The translations under genes and the position numbers were made by a program. A DNA stretch of 64,000 bases from a bacterium (GTDB lineage: Bacteria > Patescibacteriota > Patescibacteriia > Patescibacteriales > UBA12465). The notes under the pieces are model-generated. The model had not been told where the DNA came from, made no database searches, and worked only from the letters and a program-made list of their open reading frames with translations. Below, piece after piece: positions 46,581 through 56,878 of this stretch. Numbering within the stretch: the stretch's first letter is position 1; each line of letters opens with the position of its first letter. The DNA lies in the NCBI GenBank assembly GCA_030696105.1, contig JAUYNJ010000001.1:66747-130746 (forward strand), given 5' to 3'.

Positions 46581-47840
46581 TTATACTTTGACAGCTGACT
46601 TAGCAGCAGTCTTATTTAGCAAGTGAACTTGGCCATATTGGCCATCGTAGCCAGAAATTAAGTGGACCTTCCCCGCCAGCATCCTTTCAATTAAAGGGGC
46701 AATCTTGGGATATTCAACTTTTAGCTGCGAAGTATCGGCTTCAGTTAGGATATATAACTCATTTCCAAGCTCCTTAATCATCTTATCATAAATACGCGTC
46801 ACTGTGAGCGCCCGACGATTCTTCACGCCTAGCGCTTCGGCGATAATTTTACTTAAACCAACAAGACTAATATAAGGCGCTGCGTTTTTTAGCTGATAGC
46901 CTTCAGGTCTGTCAGATAATTCATCAACTCTACTCGCCACTCCAATTACTAGTGGTCGCTTACAACGCGGACAAATGCCATTATTTTTTTTGCTTTGCTC
47001 GGGGGTGCAACCGTAACCGCAATCGCGATGACCATCAAAATGATAAGTGCCCTCCTCTGGAAAAAATTCAATCGTTGAAACAAGTCCATTTTTATCATCA
47101 CCGCTTGAAAGTTTATTATTCTTAATGACACGATAAATACTCGAGTAATCTGTTTTAGCGAGTGACATCACCGTCGCTTCACGACCAATATTACTTAGTC
47201 CGTGCGCATCTGAACTGGAAAGACGCGTAAACTTATCAAGCGAACTTACCCGCCAATTCATAGGCGGGTCGCTGGAGAGGCCGGTTTCATAGGCGTAGAT
47301 ATTTATTGTCTGTTCTTTAAAACACTCCTCCAAAGAATTGAAGCCTGATTTCGAGCCCAACACCGAATACCAAGGCGTCCAGATATGCGCCGGATAAATA
47401 ATAAAGCAGGGGTCAATATCGAGGCAAAATCTCACAAAATCCGGAGCACTAATTCCTAGAATTGGTCGCCCGTCGGCACGCAAATTATACTTTGTGCCTA
47501 GCTTTTTATTCAATTTATTGACGGCCGCGATATTAGGTGCGTGAATAACCAAGTGAATACGACGTGCTTTGTCGTCATCACGATAAACTAAAGAAACTTC
47601 AGCGCTCAATATAAAAAGTGCCGCCGACGGCACTTTTTTATGTCGATATAATCCTGAGCTTTCCACTTCCTCCAACTCGCTTACAATTGACTTGAACCAG
47701 GCCGGATGAGTAAAGTCGCCGGTGCCAACAATGTCTACCCCTTTACGCTTCGCTGTTATTGCGATGTTCTCAAGAGTTAGCTCTGGCGAACAAGCACGCG
47801 CAAAGCGGGAGTGAATGTGGAGGTCAAGTGTAAAACGCAT
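46581..47840 (-). CDS. PHP-domain endonuclease Q-like protein (TIGR00375-type)
   Basis: The PHP N-terminus is DLHIHSRFARACSP...GTGDFTHPAW. It also has PAHIWTPW, SSSDAHG and a zinc-ribbon CPRCKRPL. The layout matches archaeal EndoQ as I recall it. Confidence 0.65.
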   Translation of the reverse strand: MRFTLDLHIHSRFARACSPELTLENIAITAKRKGVDIVGTGDFTHPAWFKSIVSELEEVESSGLYRHKKVPSAALFILSAEVSLVYRDDDKARRIHLVIHAPNIAAVNKLNKKLGTKYNLRADGRPILGISAPDFVRFCLDIDPCFIIYPAHIWTPWYSVLGSKSGFNSLEECFKEQTINIYAYETGLSSDPPMNWRVSSLDKFTRLSSSDAHGLSNIGREATVMSLAKTDYSSIYRVIKNNKLSSGDDKNGLVSTIEFFPEEGTYHFDGHRDCGYGCTPEQSKKNNGICPRCKRPLVIGVASRVDELSDRPEGYQLKNAAPYISLVGLSKIIAEALGVKNRRALTVTRIYDKMIKELGNELYILTEADTSQLKVEYPKIAPLIERMLAGKVHLISGYDGQYGQVHLLNKTAAKSAVKV

Positions 47841-47842
47841 AG

Positions 47843-48613
47843 TTAAGCGCTTAATTCCGATGACTTATCAATCAGGGCCGTTAAGCCTTCAGCTATTTTT
47901 AATTCGTCTAAACTATTTATACCCATTGCCTCGTGGGTCTCAATCACTATAGTGCCCACACTAAAGCCTTGATTAAAGGCAATTTTTACCATATCAGTTA
48001 AATAAAACTCGTGCGCCTTATTATTGTCTTGCAATTTATCAATGTTTGAAAAAAGCCATTCCTTGTTTAAACACATGAAGCCTGGATTTACTTCTGTCAC
48101 AGCTATTTCCGCAGGACTTGCATCTTTAAATTCCACAATTCTTTCTACCGCACCTTGTGCGTTGCGAATTATCCTGCCCCAGTGATAAAAATTTTGACGC
48201 CAACCTTCAAAATCATCAAGCATTGCTGGCATTATCGTCACCGACTCTGTCTCCATTTCCGCAAAAGATCTAATTGATGATGGTTTTATAAAGGGATGGT
48301 CGCAATATAATACTACGATATTATCTGTATCTTCTGGTACCATACTTCTCGCGCTGGAAACAGCATGTCCGGTACCAAGTTGTTGGTCTTGCACAGCGTA
48401 TAACCAATCATGCTGCACTAGCGAGGACTTAATTTCATCATGATTTGCCGCGGAGACAACAACGATCGGTTGAAGGTCAACGCCTGCAGCAACTACTGAA
48501 TCTGCTAAGTATTGGATCATTGGGCGACCATTTAGTGGTACCAAGGCCTTCGGTAAATCCGACCCCATGCGCGTACCCTTACCAGCTGCTAATATCACAA
48601 TTTTTGTCTTCAT
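47843..48613 (-). CDS. sugar-1-phosphate nucleotidyltransferase (GlmU N-terminal-domain-like)
   Basis: The N-terminus VILAAGKGTRMGSDLPKALVPLNGRPMI is present. There is no acetyltransferase hexapeptide domain. Confidence 0.75.
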   Translation of the reverse strand: MKTKIVILAAGKGTRMGSDLPKALVPLNGRPMIQYLADSVVAAGVDLQPIVVVSAANHDEIKSSLVQHDWLYAVQDQQLGTGHAVSSARSMVPEDTDNIVVLYCDHPFIKPSSIRSFAEMETESVTIMPAMLDDFEGWRQNFYHWGRIIRNAQGAVERIVEFKDASPAEIAVTEVNPGFMCLNKEWLFSNIDKLQDNNKAHEFYLTDMVKIAFNQGFSVGTIVIETHEAMGINSLDELKIAEGLTALIDKSSELSA

Positions 48614-48780
48614 ATAAGTATGATTGCATTACTCATCAATTAACCTCTATTTTAGCATATTTTAAGAAAAAATTCCACCCCAGCCAGCATCGTAATAATT
48701 GACTTTCACCCTTAAATATTATATAAATAAATATCGTTCTTTAAAATATTAACCAAAAAGCAGCACACATAAAAAATTCA

Positions 48781-49281
48781 TTGGATTTCGAATTTGGCAA
48801 TGTTCTGGCTTATCTTGTTGCCACCCTTGCCTTTATGTATTTTGTGTACGGCTTTTCGCCCGCGCACATAATCGTCGCCCTGAGCACAGCCCTGTTACTA
48901 TCGGTAAAGTCACAGAGTGATGTTGGCGAAAGAAAAATCGGCATAATTGCCGGCACGCTGCTCGCAGCCATTCCTCTCAGCTTCTGGTTTGAGTCCAATG
49001 AGGAGTTAAGCTTGCTGATCATTTACATCACAGCCTGCAGCGCAGCTCTGATTTATGTTCTCAGCCACTACCGCAAAGAACAGTTAGGCTCAATTCTTTG
49101 GTTGTTCTATTTTCTGATCAGCTTTAGTTTCGCCTCGTCAGCCGTTAATAGCTTGACTCTGTTTGCTGAACTAATTTTTTGGACAATCGCTAGTGCTGTT
49201 ATTTTAGCACTCGTCGTTACAAAAATTCGCAAAAAAGTCAGAGCACATCGTCGTGCGCGTCCGATTAGCAAGAATCGCTAA
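48781..49281 (+). CDS. polytopic membrane protein, unknown function (TTG start)
   Basis: Hydrophobic helices run throughout, and the tail is basic. Confidence 0.4.
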   Translation: MDFEFGNVLAYLVATLAFMYFVYGFSPAHIIVALSTALLLSVKSQSDVGERKIGIIAGTLLAAIPLSFWFESNEELSLLIIYITACSAALIYVLSHYRKEQLGSILWLFYFLISFSFASSAVNSLTLFAELIFWTIASAVILALVVTKIRKKVRAHRRARPISKNR

Positions 49282-49315
49282 TATATTTGCTCGCCCCTCA
49301 CTGGTGCGAGCTTTT

Positions 49316-50713
49316 TTATTTTCCAATTACTCCTTTTATGTCATCTGCGCGTGCCTGGGCAGTTTTCAAATCGGCTGCTTCAGCATATATTCTAATAATC
49401 GGCTCGGTATTTGAGGCACGTAAATGAACCCAAGAATCTGGCCAGTCAATTTTAACACCATCAATATCGGTAATTGTTTCATGCTTGTAATTAGCTTTCA
49501 CTTTTTCTAAAATTTCTTTGATATCAATGTCGGTGCTCAATTCAATTTTATCCTTCACCATCCGGTACCGTGGATACTGCTGTTTCAGCTCGGAAACCGT
49601 TAGCCCACTGTCCACTAGCGCCGACAAGAACAAGGCGATGCCCACAAGCGCGTCGCGGCCGTAGTGCAGTTCAGGATAAATAATTCCCCCATTACCCTCG
49701 CCACCAATAACGGCGCCCGTTTCTTTCATTCTTGATACGACGTTAACTTCGCCGACAGCGGCAGCGTAATAGCCACCACCACGTTTCTCAGTGATATCTT
49801 TAAGAGCGCGCGAAGATGAAAGATTGGAAACAGAAATCTTTTGGTGAAAGCAGGGGCAATATTCACGCAAGACATAATCGGCGACTGCAACCAGCGTATA
49901 CTCTTCACCAAACATTTCCCCCTTCTCATCAATAAAGGCGAGACGGTCGACGTCTGGATCAACCACAATACCTAAGTCCGCTCTACTCTCTATTACCTGC
50001 CTTTTTATCTCACTTAAATGCTCATCGAGTGGCTCGGGATTATGCGCAAATTCACCGTTTATTTCGGCATTGATTATTTCTATCTTCGTTACGCCCAGGG
50101 CGCGTAGCATAGCAGGCACCGCCAGAGCGCCAACCGAATTAATACCGTCAACTATAATTTTAAAGTCACGCTTAGCGATGGCTGCTTGATCAACTAATTT
50201 TAATTTAAGAATGGCTTCAATATGAGACTCTAAAGCATCTGAAACAATAAGGTGCTTGCCTAGCTCATCCACTTTAGCAAAAGTGAAATCAGAGCTAGCG
50301 GCTAGAGCCAATAATTCTTGGCCATCAGCTGCGCTCATAAATTCACCGTTTTCGTCCAGGAGCTTGAGAGCATTCCACTGCTTAGGGTTGTGTGAGGCGC
50401 TCAAAATGATGCCGCCCTGCGCTTTTTCGCTAATTACCGACATCTCGACCGTCGGCGTTGTTGCCAGACCAACATCAAGGACGGTGAGGCCATTAAATCT
50501 AAGCAGCGCGCTCACGAAATCATGTAAAGCCGGACCGCTAGCGCGCCCATCGCGACCGAGCACAATCGTTGGACTTTTCAGCTCAGAAAATTTATCACGT
50601 CGCTGCTTCGCAAAGGCTGAAATGAAGTCGACCAAATCTGTTGGTGTTAAATTATCGCCGGCTTTGCCGCCGATAGTACCACGAATACCGGAAATTGATT
50701 TAATTAAGGCCAT
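49316..50713 (-). CDS. alpha-D-phosphohexomutase (GlmM/ManB-like)
   Basis: The active-site loop SASHNPKQWNALK is present, as are the metal-binding DPDVDR and GGEGNGG. Confidence 0.85.
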   Translation of the reverse strand: MALIKSISGIRGTIGGKAGDNLTPTDLVDFISAFAKQRRDKFSELKSPTIVLGRDGRASGPALHDFVSALLRFNGLTVLDVGLATTPTVEMSVISEKAQGGIILSASHNPKQWNALKLLDENGEFMSAADGQELLALAASSDFTFAKVDELGKHLIVSDALESHIEAILKLKLVDQAAIAKRDFKIIVDGINSVGALAVPAMLRALGVTKIEIINAEINGEFAHNPEPLDEHLSEIKRQVIESRADLGIVVDPDVDRLAFIDEKGEMFGEEYTLVAVADYVLREYCPCFHQKISVSNLSSSRALKDITEKRGGGYYAAAVGEVNVVSRMKETGAVIGGEGNGGIIYPELHYGRDALVGIALFLSALVDSGLTVSELKQQYPRYRMVKDKIELSTDIDIKEILEKVKANYKHETITDIDGVKIDWPDSWVHLRASNTEPIIRIYAEAADLKTAQARADDIKGVIGK

Positions 50714-50848
50714 ATAGTTATAATTATTCTCTATATTTTACATTATAATCACCTATTTTTCAAACCCCAGCTGTCCTTTACACTTAGCGCTACTTTATAT
50801 AATATTACTGGAAATAGTTATAGTTAATTACCAACGAACAACTTAGTC

Positions 50849-51220
50849 ATGGAAAATCAAAAAGAAGCAACGTTAGGTACCGACAAGGGCCTTCAAGGTG
50901 TAGACGCCGAAATAAAACGACATCAAGATGCCTTAGAAATTGTGATGGAAAACTAGAAGTTCTCTGATGCCGAAATTAGCAGCTTACGCCGCTTTGCATC
51001 TGACAAGGAGGCGGAGCTTAGGGCGAGAATTAAAGTCTCACATGACTTTCATGTCAACAAGTTAGCAATCTTAAATTCTCATGCTAATCATGAAGATGAG
51101 TCTGCCTTGCAACTGCGGACCAGAAGAGAATTAATCTCGCAGTTCAATACTTTACTTGGAGCCGAAGTGTATCATTATAAAATGAGCATCGGCCACTTCA
51201 TGTTGATGTTGGATACCTAG
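50849..51220 (+). pseudogene. 123-codon reading frame interrupted by one in-frame TAG (50954-50956); pseudogene or two small ORFs
   Basis: My own translation gives MENQKEATLGTDKGLQGVDAEIKRHQDALEIVMEN*KFSDAEISSLRRFASDKEAELRARIKV...HFMLMLDT*. A hairpin plus T-run terminator follows at about 51246-51275. Confidence 0.4.
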
Positions 51221-51356
51221 CGTGCAAAATTACGACAAATATTTTAAAGGAAGCAAAGCTTCCTTTTTTTTAATGCAAAAAAGAAGTCCTTGTTAGGACT
51301 CCCTCTTATGCGGCATTCTCACTAACCCTATTTTAGGGTATCAAAAAACACCATTG

Positions 51357-51473
51357 TTCTGGCGGCGACCTACTTTCCCAGGGCTCAGGCCCAAGTATCA
51401 TCGGCGCTGGAAGGCTTAACTTCTGAGTTCGGGATGGGATCAGGTGTGACCCCTCCGCTTTAACCACCAGAAC
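51357..51473 (-). rRNA. rrf: 5S rRNA
   Basis: The reverse complement reads ...CTGGTGGTTAAAGCGGAGGGGTCACACCTGATCCCATCCCGAACTCAGAAGTTAAGCC...GGGAAAGTAGGTCGCCGCCAGAA. The flanks pair (caccattgttctgg / ccagaacaatggtg). Confidence 0.9.
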
Positions 51474-51662
51474 AATGGTGTCTTTTGGTTCCACCCCAAT
51501 TTATATTAAGGTGGATATTTTGTTGTGTCTTTGAAAGACAAAAGTGTGGGAAAATCAAACGACTTATTAGTACTGCTCCGCTCAATCCATTACTGGACTT
51601 ACACGTACAGCCTATCAAGGTCATATTCTGTAACCAGTCTGTGAAACCTAATCTTAGAGACA

Positions 51663-51693
<31 letters not shown>

Positions 51694-51840
51694 TTAACCG
51701 AAGGTAGCTACCCTGCAATGCCCTTGGTAGAACAGCAGGTACACTAGAGCTTCGTCCTTCCCGGTCCTCTCGTACTAAGGAAGGGCCTCTTCAAGTTTCC
51801 ACGACCACAGTGGATAGGAGACCGACCTGTCTTACGACGG

Positions 51841-51893
<53 letters not shown>

Positions 51894-51903
51894 GCTTCTC
51901 CAC

Positions 51904-51936
<33 letters not shown>

Positions 51937-52424
51937 GAACCAGGTCGTCGATGTGGACTCTTGGACCTGACTAGCCTGTTATCCCCGGAGTAGCTTTTAT
52001 CCGATGAGCTTCCACCATCCTATATTGAATGGTCGGATCACTAAGTTCCGCTTTCGCGACTGCTTGACCGGTAAGTCTCGCAGTAAAGCTGGCTTGTGCC
52101 TTTACACTATCTCCCGGGTTTCCATTCCGGGATAGCCAACCTTTGTAAACGCCTCCGTTACATTTTGGGAGGCATCCGCCCCAGACAAACTACCCACCAG
52201 ACACTGTCCCTCGTAAAAACGAGGTTAGAATTAAAAATATACAAGGGTGGTATCTCACTGGCGCCCGAAGGCTCCCACCTATTCTGAACATGCATATCCC
52301 TAATTCAATATCAAGCTGTAGTAAAGCTTCACGGGGTCTTTTCGTCCGACTGTGGTTAACGAGCATCTTTACTCGTCTTGCAATTTCACCGAGTCCTTCG
52401 CTGAGACAGTGCTCAAGTGGTTAA

Positions 52425-52467
<43 letters not shown>

Positions 52468-53204
52468 CTTCACTTACTTAATATTTCTATTAAGAATGGA
52501 CTTTATCTTACTCGTGACATGAATCTAACGCCCGCAAGACTGATTGAGCGCAAATTTTATTTTGCCTGTTCATTCTCGAAGCGATAGCGATAATGTCTTT
52601 AATACCTTCAGCAGAAAGATGCTTGCCGGCATTCATTATCTGTATAATCTCCTTAAATTTGAAATAATCAAATTTCTTTTGAGTTAAAAGCGGATATTTG
52701 TCGAAATGAGGAATGACAAATTTATTCATATGCTCTAACGATCTTATTCTAAGCTCCTGACGTGTATCATGATTAATCCTGACAACGCCAGCGCCGAAAT
52801 ATGTTTTAAGCGCATACAACACTTTAATATCCTTCTCATGCTGGACAACTCTAAATTCTGGTAATACTTGATAACCGGACTTCATTGAATCATTATGATT
52901 AATTCCAACATAGAAAGTTCCCTCACCATCTACAAATCCACTTACCCAATAGGGATTCATTTGCATATTTTAGAGTCTCAGTTTTTAAGTCTCTGAGGAT
53001 TATTAATCCTGCGCGTTTGCCCCGTGTATTGATAGATTTTTACTGGGGTCGACACCCCGAGTACTATCAATCTTTTGAGGATTTTCACGCATTTTACTGA
53101 GTATTTTAGACAACCATGGCTTTCGCCATAGCTAGGCAACGAACTTTGTTATTTATCAATTTATAATCGTCCCAGTCTTTTGCGGTCTAGTAATAAACCA
53201 CAAA
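52468..53204 (-). mobile_element. group I-like intron in 23S rRNA carrying a homing endonuclease gene
   Basis: The insertion splits the universally conserved ...ACTATAATCGTCCTAAGGT | AGCGAAATTCCTTGTCGGGTAAGTTCCGACC... The 5' exon ends in U and the intron ends in G. A CAGAGACTT J8/7-like block precedes the ORF. Confidence 0.8.
52508..52966 (-). CDS. single-motif LAGLIDADG homing endonuclease (intron-encoded)
   Basis: WVSGFVDGEGTFYVGI is a LAGLIDADG motif. The 152-aa ORF lies wholly inside the 23S intron. Confidence 0.85.
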   Translation of the reverse strand: MQMNPYWVSGFVDGEGTFYVGINHNDSMKSGYQVLPEFRVVQHEKDIKVLYALKTYFGAGVVRINHDTRQELRIRSLEHMNKFVIPHFDKYPLLTQKKFDYFKFKEIIQIMNAGKHLSAEGIKDIIAIASRMNRQNKICAQSVLRALDSCHE

Positions 53205-55594
53205 ACCTTAGGACGATTATAGTTATCGCCGGCGTTCATCCGCGCTTGGATTCAAAGCTTCGCACCGAAGTGCTAACCTCTCCTCTTAACGTTCGGACAC
53301 TGGCCAGGCTTCACCCTCTATACATCCTCTTGCGAGTTAGCAGAGAGCTGTGTTTTTGATAAACAGTCCCTTGAGCTCTTTAGCTGCGGCCCTGCTTGCG
53401 CAGGGCAGGCCTTATCTCGAAATTACGGCCGCTGTTTTGCCGAGTTCCTTAGCGAAGGTTCTCTCGTACACCTTAGGCTTCTCGCCTCGTCTACCTGTGT
53501 CGGTTTACGGTACGGTTACTGTGCCCTTAGCCCTAGAAGTTTTTCTCGTCGATTCCGCTACTTGATTGAATCCGTCTTGCGACTTCATCTTTAGGCTGAA
53601 TCTTGAAGCTGTTGGCCCGGATTTGCCTAGGCCGCTTCTTGAAACCACCAGCGGACATACCATAGCCCGCTCAAACTTTGGAACCGCGTCCCTCCTTCGG
53701 AAAAACACAGTAGTACTGGAATATTAACCAGCTCTTCCATCGGTTACACTAACACTACATTAGTTACACCTTAGGACCGACTAACCCTGGGTCGATTCTC
53801 GTTGCCCAGGAAACCTTAGACTTTCGGTGGGCGGGATTTTTACCCGCCTTTTTGCTACTCATGCCAACATTCTCACTTCTCTCCGCTCCACCGGGCCTCA
53901 CGGCACGACTTCAACGCTGAAGAGAATGCTCCTCTACCACTCTCCAGATTTTTAGTTTCTATCGGTACTGCACTTCGAGCTCCCTAACGTAAATTTAGGG
54001 CTCGGTTACTGCGATAAAAAACAAAAATCTGGAGAGTTCACATCTTCGGTACTATACTTAGCCCCGGTAAATTTTCGGCGCGAAACAACTTGATTAGTGA
54101 GCTATTACGCTATCTTTAAAGGATGGCTGCTTCTAAGCCAACCTCCTAACTGTCGTAGTCACAACACCACCTTTTACACTTAGTATAGATTTGGGGACCT
54201 TAGATTGTGATCTGGGCTGTTTCCCTTTAGACCAATGAACCTTAGCGCCCATGGTCTGACTCCCGAGCTACACCAATGGGTATTCGGAGTTTGATTGAAG
54301 ACGGTATCTTGCGACCCGCCCTCATCCAGTGCTCTACCCCCCACTGTCAGCGCTCGAGGCTAGTCCAAAAACTATTTCGAGGAGAACCAGCTATTGCCGA
54401 GTTCGATTACAATTTCTGCGCTAACCACATCTCATCCCCGAGTGTTGCACGGCTCGTGGGTTCGGTCCTTCCTTTATCTTTCGACAAAGTTCAACCTGGA
54501 CATGGTTAGATCACCCGGCTTCGGGTCTTGTCCATGCGACGTGTACTTCACCTTAACGCACTAAATAAATTTAATGCGTAAAAGTGAAGCACAATGCGGG
54601 CTATTAACCCTCGCTTTCACTACACATACTCTCCGGAGGAGATTATGTAAGCCACATAGAACAAACTCGTTGGCTCATTCTTCAATAGGCACGCCGTCAC
54701 CCAATAAATTGGGCTCCGACTCTTTGTAAGTATATGGTTTCAGGTACTATTTCACCTCCCTCTCGGGATGCTTTTCACCTTTCCCTCACGGTACTGGTTC
54801 ACTATCGATCATAAGAAATATTTAGCCTTGGGTCATAGTCGACCCTGATTCATACGGGATTTCACGAGGCCCGCACTACTTAAGAACAACGCTGCAGAGA
54901 CTTAATTCTTTTCGCTTACAGGGCTATCACCTTCTCTGGCAGAGCTTTCCAGCTCGCTTTTGCTAAGAATTAAATTTTATGACTCTACTCCGTCCAATCT
55001 AGAGGACAGACACGTTGCCTTGCAACCCCTGCGGAACATATAGCTCTAGAACTTTCTGATTTCTCCCTAGTAAACTAGTTCGAAATCTCAGTTCGGCAGG
55101 TTTAGGCTCTTCCCCGTTCGCTCGCCACTACTAGGAGAATCACTATTGTTTTCTTTTCCTCCGGCTACTAAGATGTTTCAGTTCGCCGGGTCTTCCACCG
55201 AGTCCAAAAGAGGTCTCGGTTACCGCGTTATCGACGCGGCGGGTTTCCCCATTCGGAGATCTGCGGGTCAAAGGTTGCTTGCCACCTCACCGCAGCTTAT
55301 CGCAGGCTGCTACGTCCTTCATCGGTTTCTTATGTCTAGGCATCCGCCATATACTCTTTACGAGATTTTCCCACACTCTTGCTTTCAAAAGTGTCACGCA
55401 TTCCTTCGCGAATGCGATTTTTTTTGTCTTCGCCCGGAAATTGCAAAATAAACCGGCGACAGACAGTTCGCTTTTTCGAAAAAAAAGCGACAAAAAGATA
55501 TTTAAGTGTTAACGAGCAATTAAACATTCGTTGCCATTACCAGCGAACTGATAAGGGCGAGTAAATATTTAATTCGTATATTTATTTTAGAGGT

Positions 55595-55620
55595 TCAAAA
55601 AACCGCGGGACCGCGGTTCA
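55595..55620 (-). terminator. terminator-like hairpin inside the 23S leader (possible attenuator)
   Basis: In RNA sense, AACCGCGG-uc-CCGCGGUU is followed by UUUU. It sits about 90 nt downstream of the consensus promoter and about 230 nt upstream of the 23S 5' end. Confidence 0.5.
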
Positions 55621-55713
55621 AAATAATCGCAAAATAGGCAAATTATTTTATAACCGCTTAAGTTTGAACCTTCTAAGATAATTACGCATAGGCATTTTTT
55701 AAAACTGTTTACA

Positions 55714-55741
55714 ATTATAGGGTATTTAAAAATAATGTCAA
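55714..55741 (-). promoter_or_regulatory. consensus sigma70-type promoter TTGACA-16-TATAAT upstream of the 23S-5S operon
   Basis: On the minus strand, the -35 is at 55741-55736 and the -10 at 55719-55714. It shares the extended GGCTTGACATTA with the island promoter at 20914. Confidence 0.6.
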
Positions 55742-55819
55742 GCCCTTTAAATACCACTTATTTTAACGATTTTCAGCCCAAATTATCGGCTCTACTCTTT
55801 TGTTTTTTGTAAATCGTCC

Positions 55820-56872
55820 TTATGACTCCAAAAATCCGCTTTCTTCCATATATTGCAGCGCGGTATCCTTATTAATCTCGCCAGCCTGGTAGAGCTGTAT
55901 AAGATGTCTATCAAGCGTTGTCATGCCGTTTTGAATATTGGTTTCTAGCACTGTTTTAATTTGAGCAACTTTATTTTCCCTGATCAAATTTGAAATCGCA
56001 CTATTTCTAAGCAGTATTTCGCGGGCAGCAATGCGTCCGCCTGACACTCTCGGTAACAGGCGCTGGGAAATAACGGCCGTGAGAATTGTCGATAATTGAG
56101 AGCGAATCTGACCTTGTTGGTGGGCGGGGAAAATATCAATGATACGATCAATCGTTTGCGCCGCACTATACGTATGTAGAGTTGCTAAAACTAAGTGTCC
56201 TGTTTCCGCTAAAGTAATGGCGGTGGCAATGGTTTCTAGGTCACGCATTTCACCAACCATAATAACATTTGGGTCCTGACGCAAGGAATGTTTTAAGCCT
56301 TCAGCAAACGAAAGCATGTCATCTCCGAGTTGACGTTGCGAAATAATACTTTTTTCTGAGGTAAATAAATATTCAATGGGATCTTCAAGGGTGATAATAT
56401 GCGCAGCACGAGTAGAATTAATGTGATTAACCATAGCCGCTAAAGTCGTTGACTTACCGCAGCCAGTTGGCCCTGTTACCAAAATCAAACCTTGAGGCAC
56501 ATCTAATAATTCAGCAACAATTGCAGGCATACCTATTTCTTCAAGTGTCGGCTTGCTGTCGTCTACAACTCTCGCCGCGACTTTTAAGTGCCCCCTGTCG
56601 TAGGCAAAGTTTACACGGTAGCGATAAGGTTCAACCGAGGCAGCTGCATCTAAGTCTCTATCTTCTGCTAAGCGCTGACGTTGTGGTGCGTCGAGCAGAG
56701 CCTTAACGGCTTGATCTAAATCAATATCAGCGATTGGGGGCAAGATAACGCCATCCAGACCAAAAGGTGTTAGCTCGCCATCATGCCGAACCATCGGCGG
56801 TAAACCAAAAACCAGATGAATATCTGAGGCTTTTTGCTTAGCGGCTTCACTTAATATTTTTTTGATGTCCAT
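55820..56872 (-). CDS. pilT: type IV pilus retraction ATPase PilT
   Basis: The Walker A is GPTGCGKSTT. The motifs IITLEDPIEY, MVGEMRD and the PilT-type AHxxGH-like region LATLHT are also present. The length is 350 aa. Confidence 0.85.
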   Translation of the reverse strand: MDIKKILSEAAKQKASDIHLVFGLPPMVRHDGELTPFGLDGVILPPIADIDLDQAVKALLDAPQRQRLAEDRDLDAAASVEPYRYRVNFAYDRGHLKVAARVVDDSKPTLEEIGMPAIVAELLDVPQGLILVTGPTGCGKSTTLAAMVNHINSTRAAHIITLEDPIEYLFTSEKSIISQRQLGDDMLSFAEGLKHSLRQDPNVIMVGEMRDLETIATAITLAETGHLVLATLHTYSAAQTIDRIIDIFPAHQQGQIRSQLSTILTAVISQRLLPRVSGGRIAAREILLRNSAISNLIRENKVAQIKTVLETNIQNGMTTLDRHLIQLYQAGEINKDTALQYMEESGFLES

Positions 56873-56878
56873 ATTATT

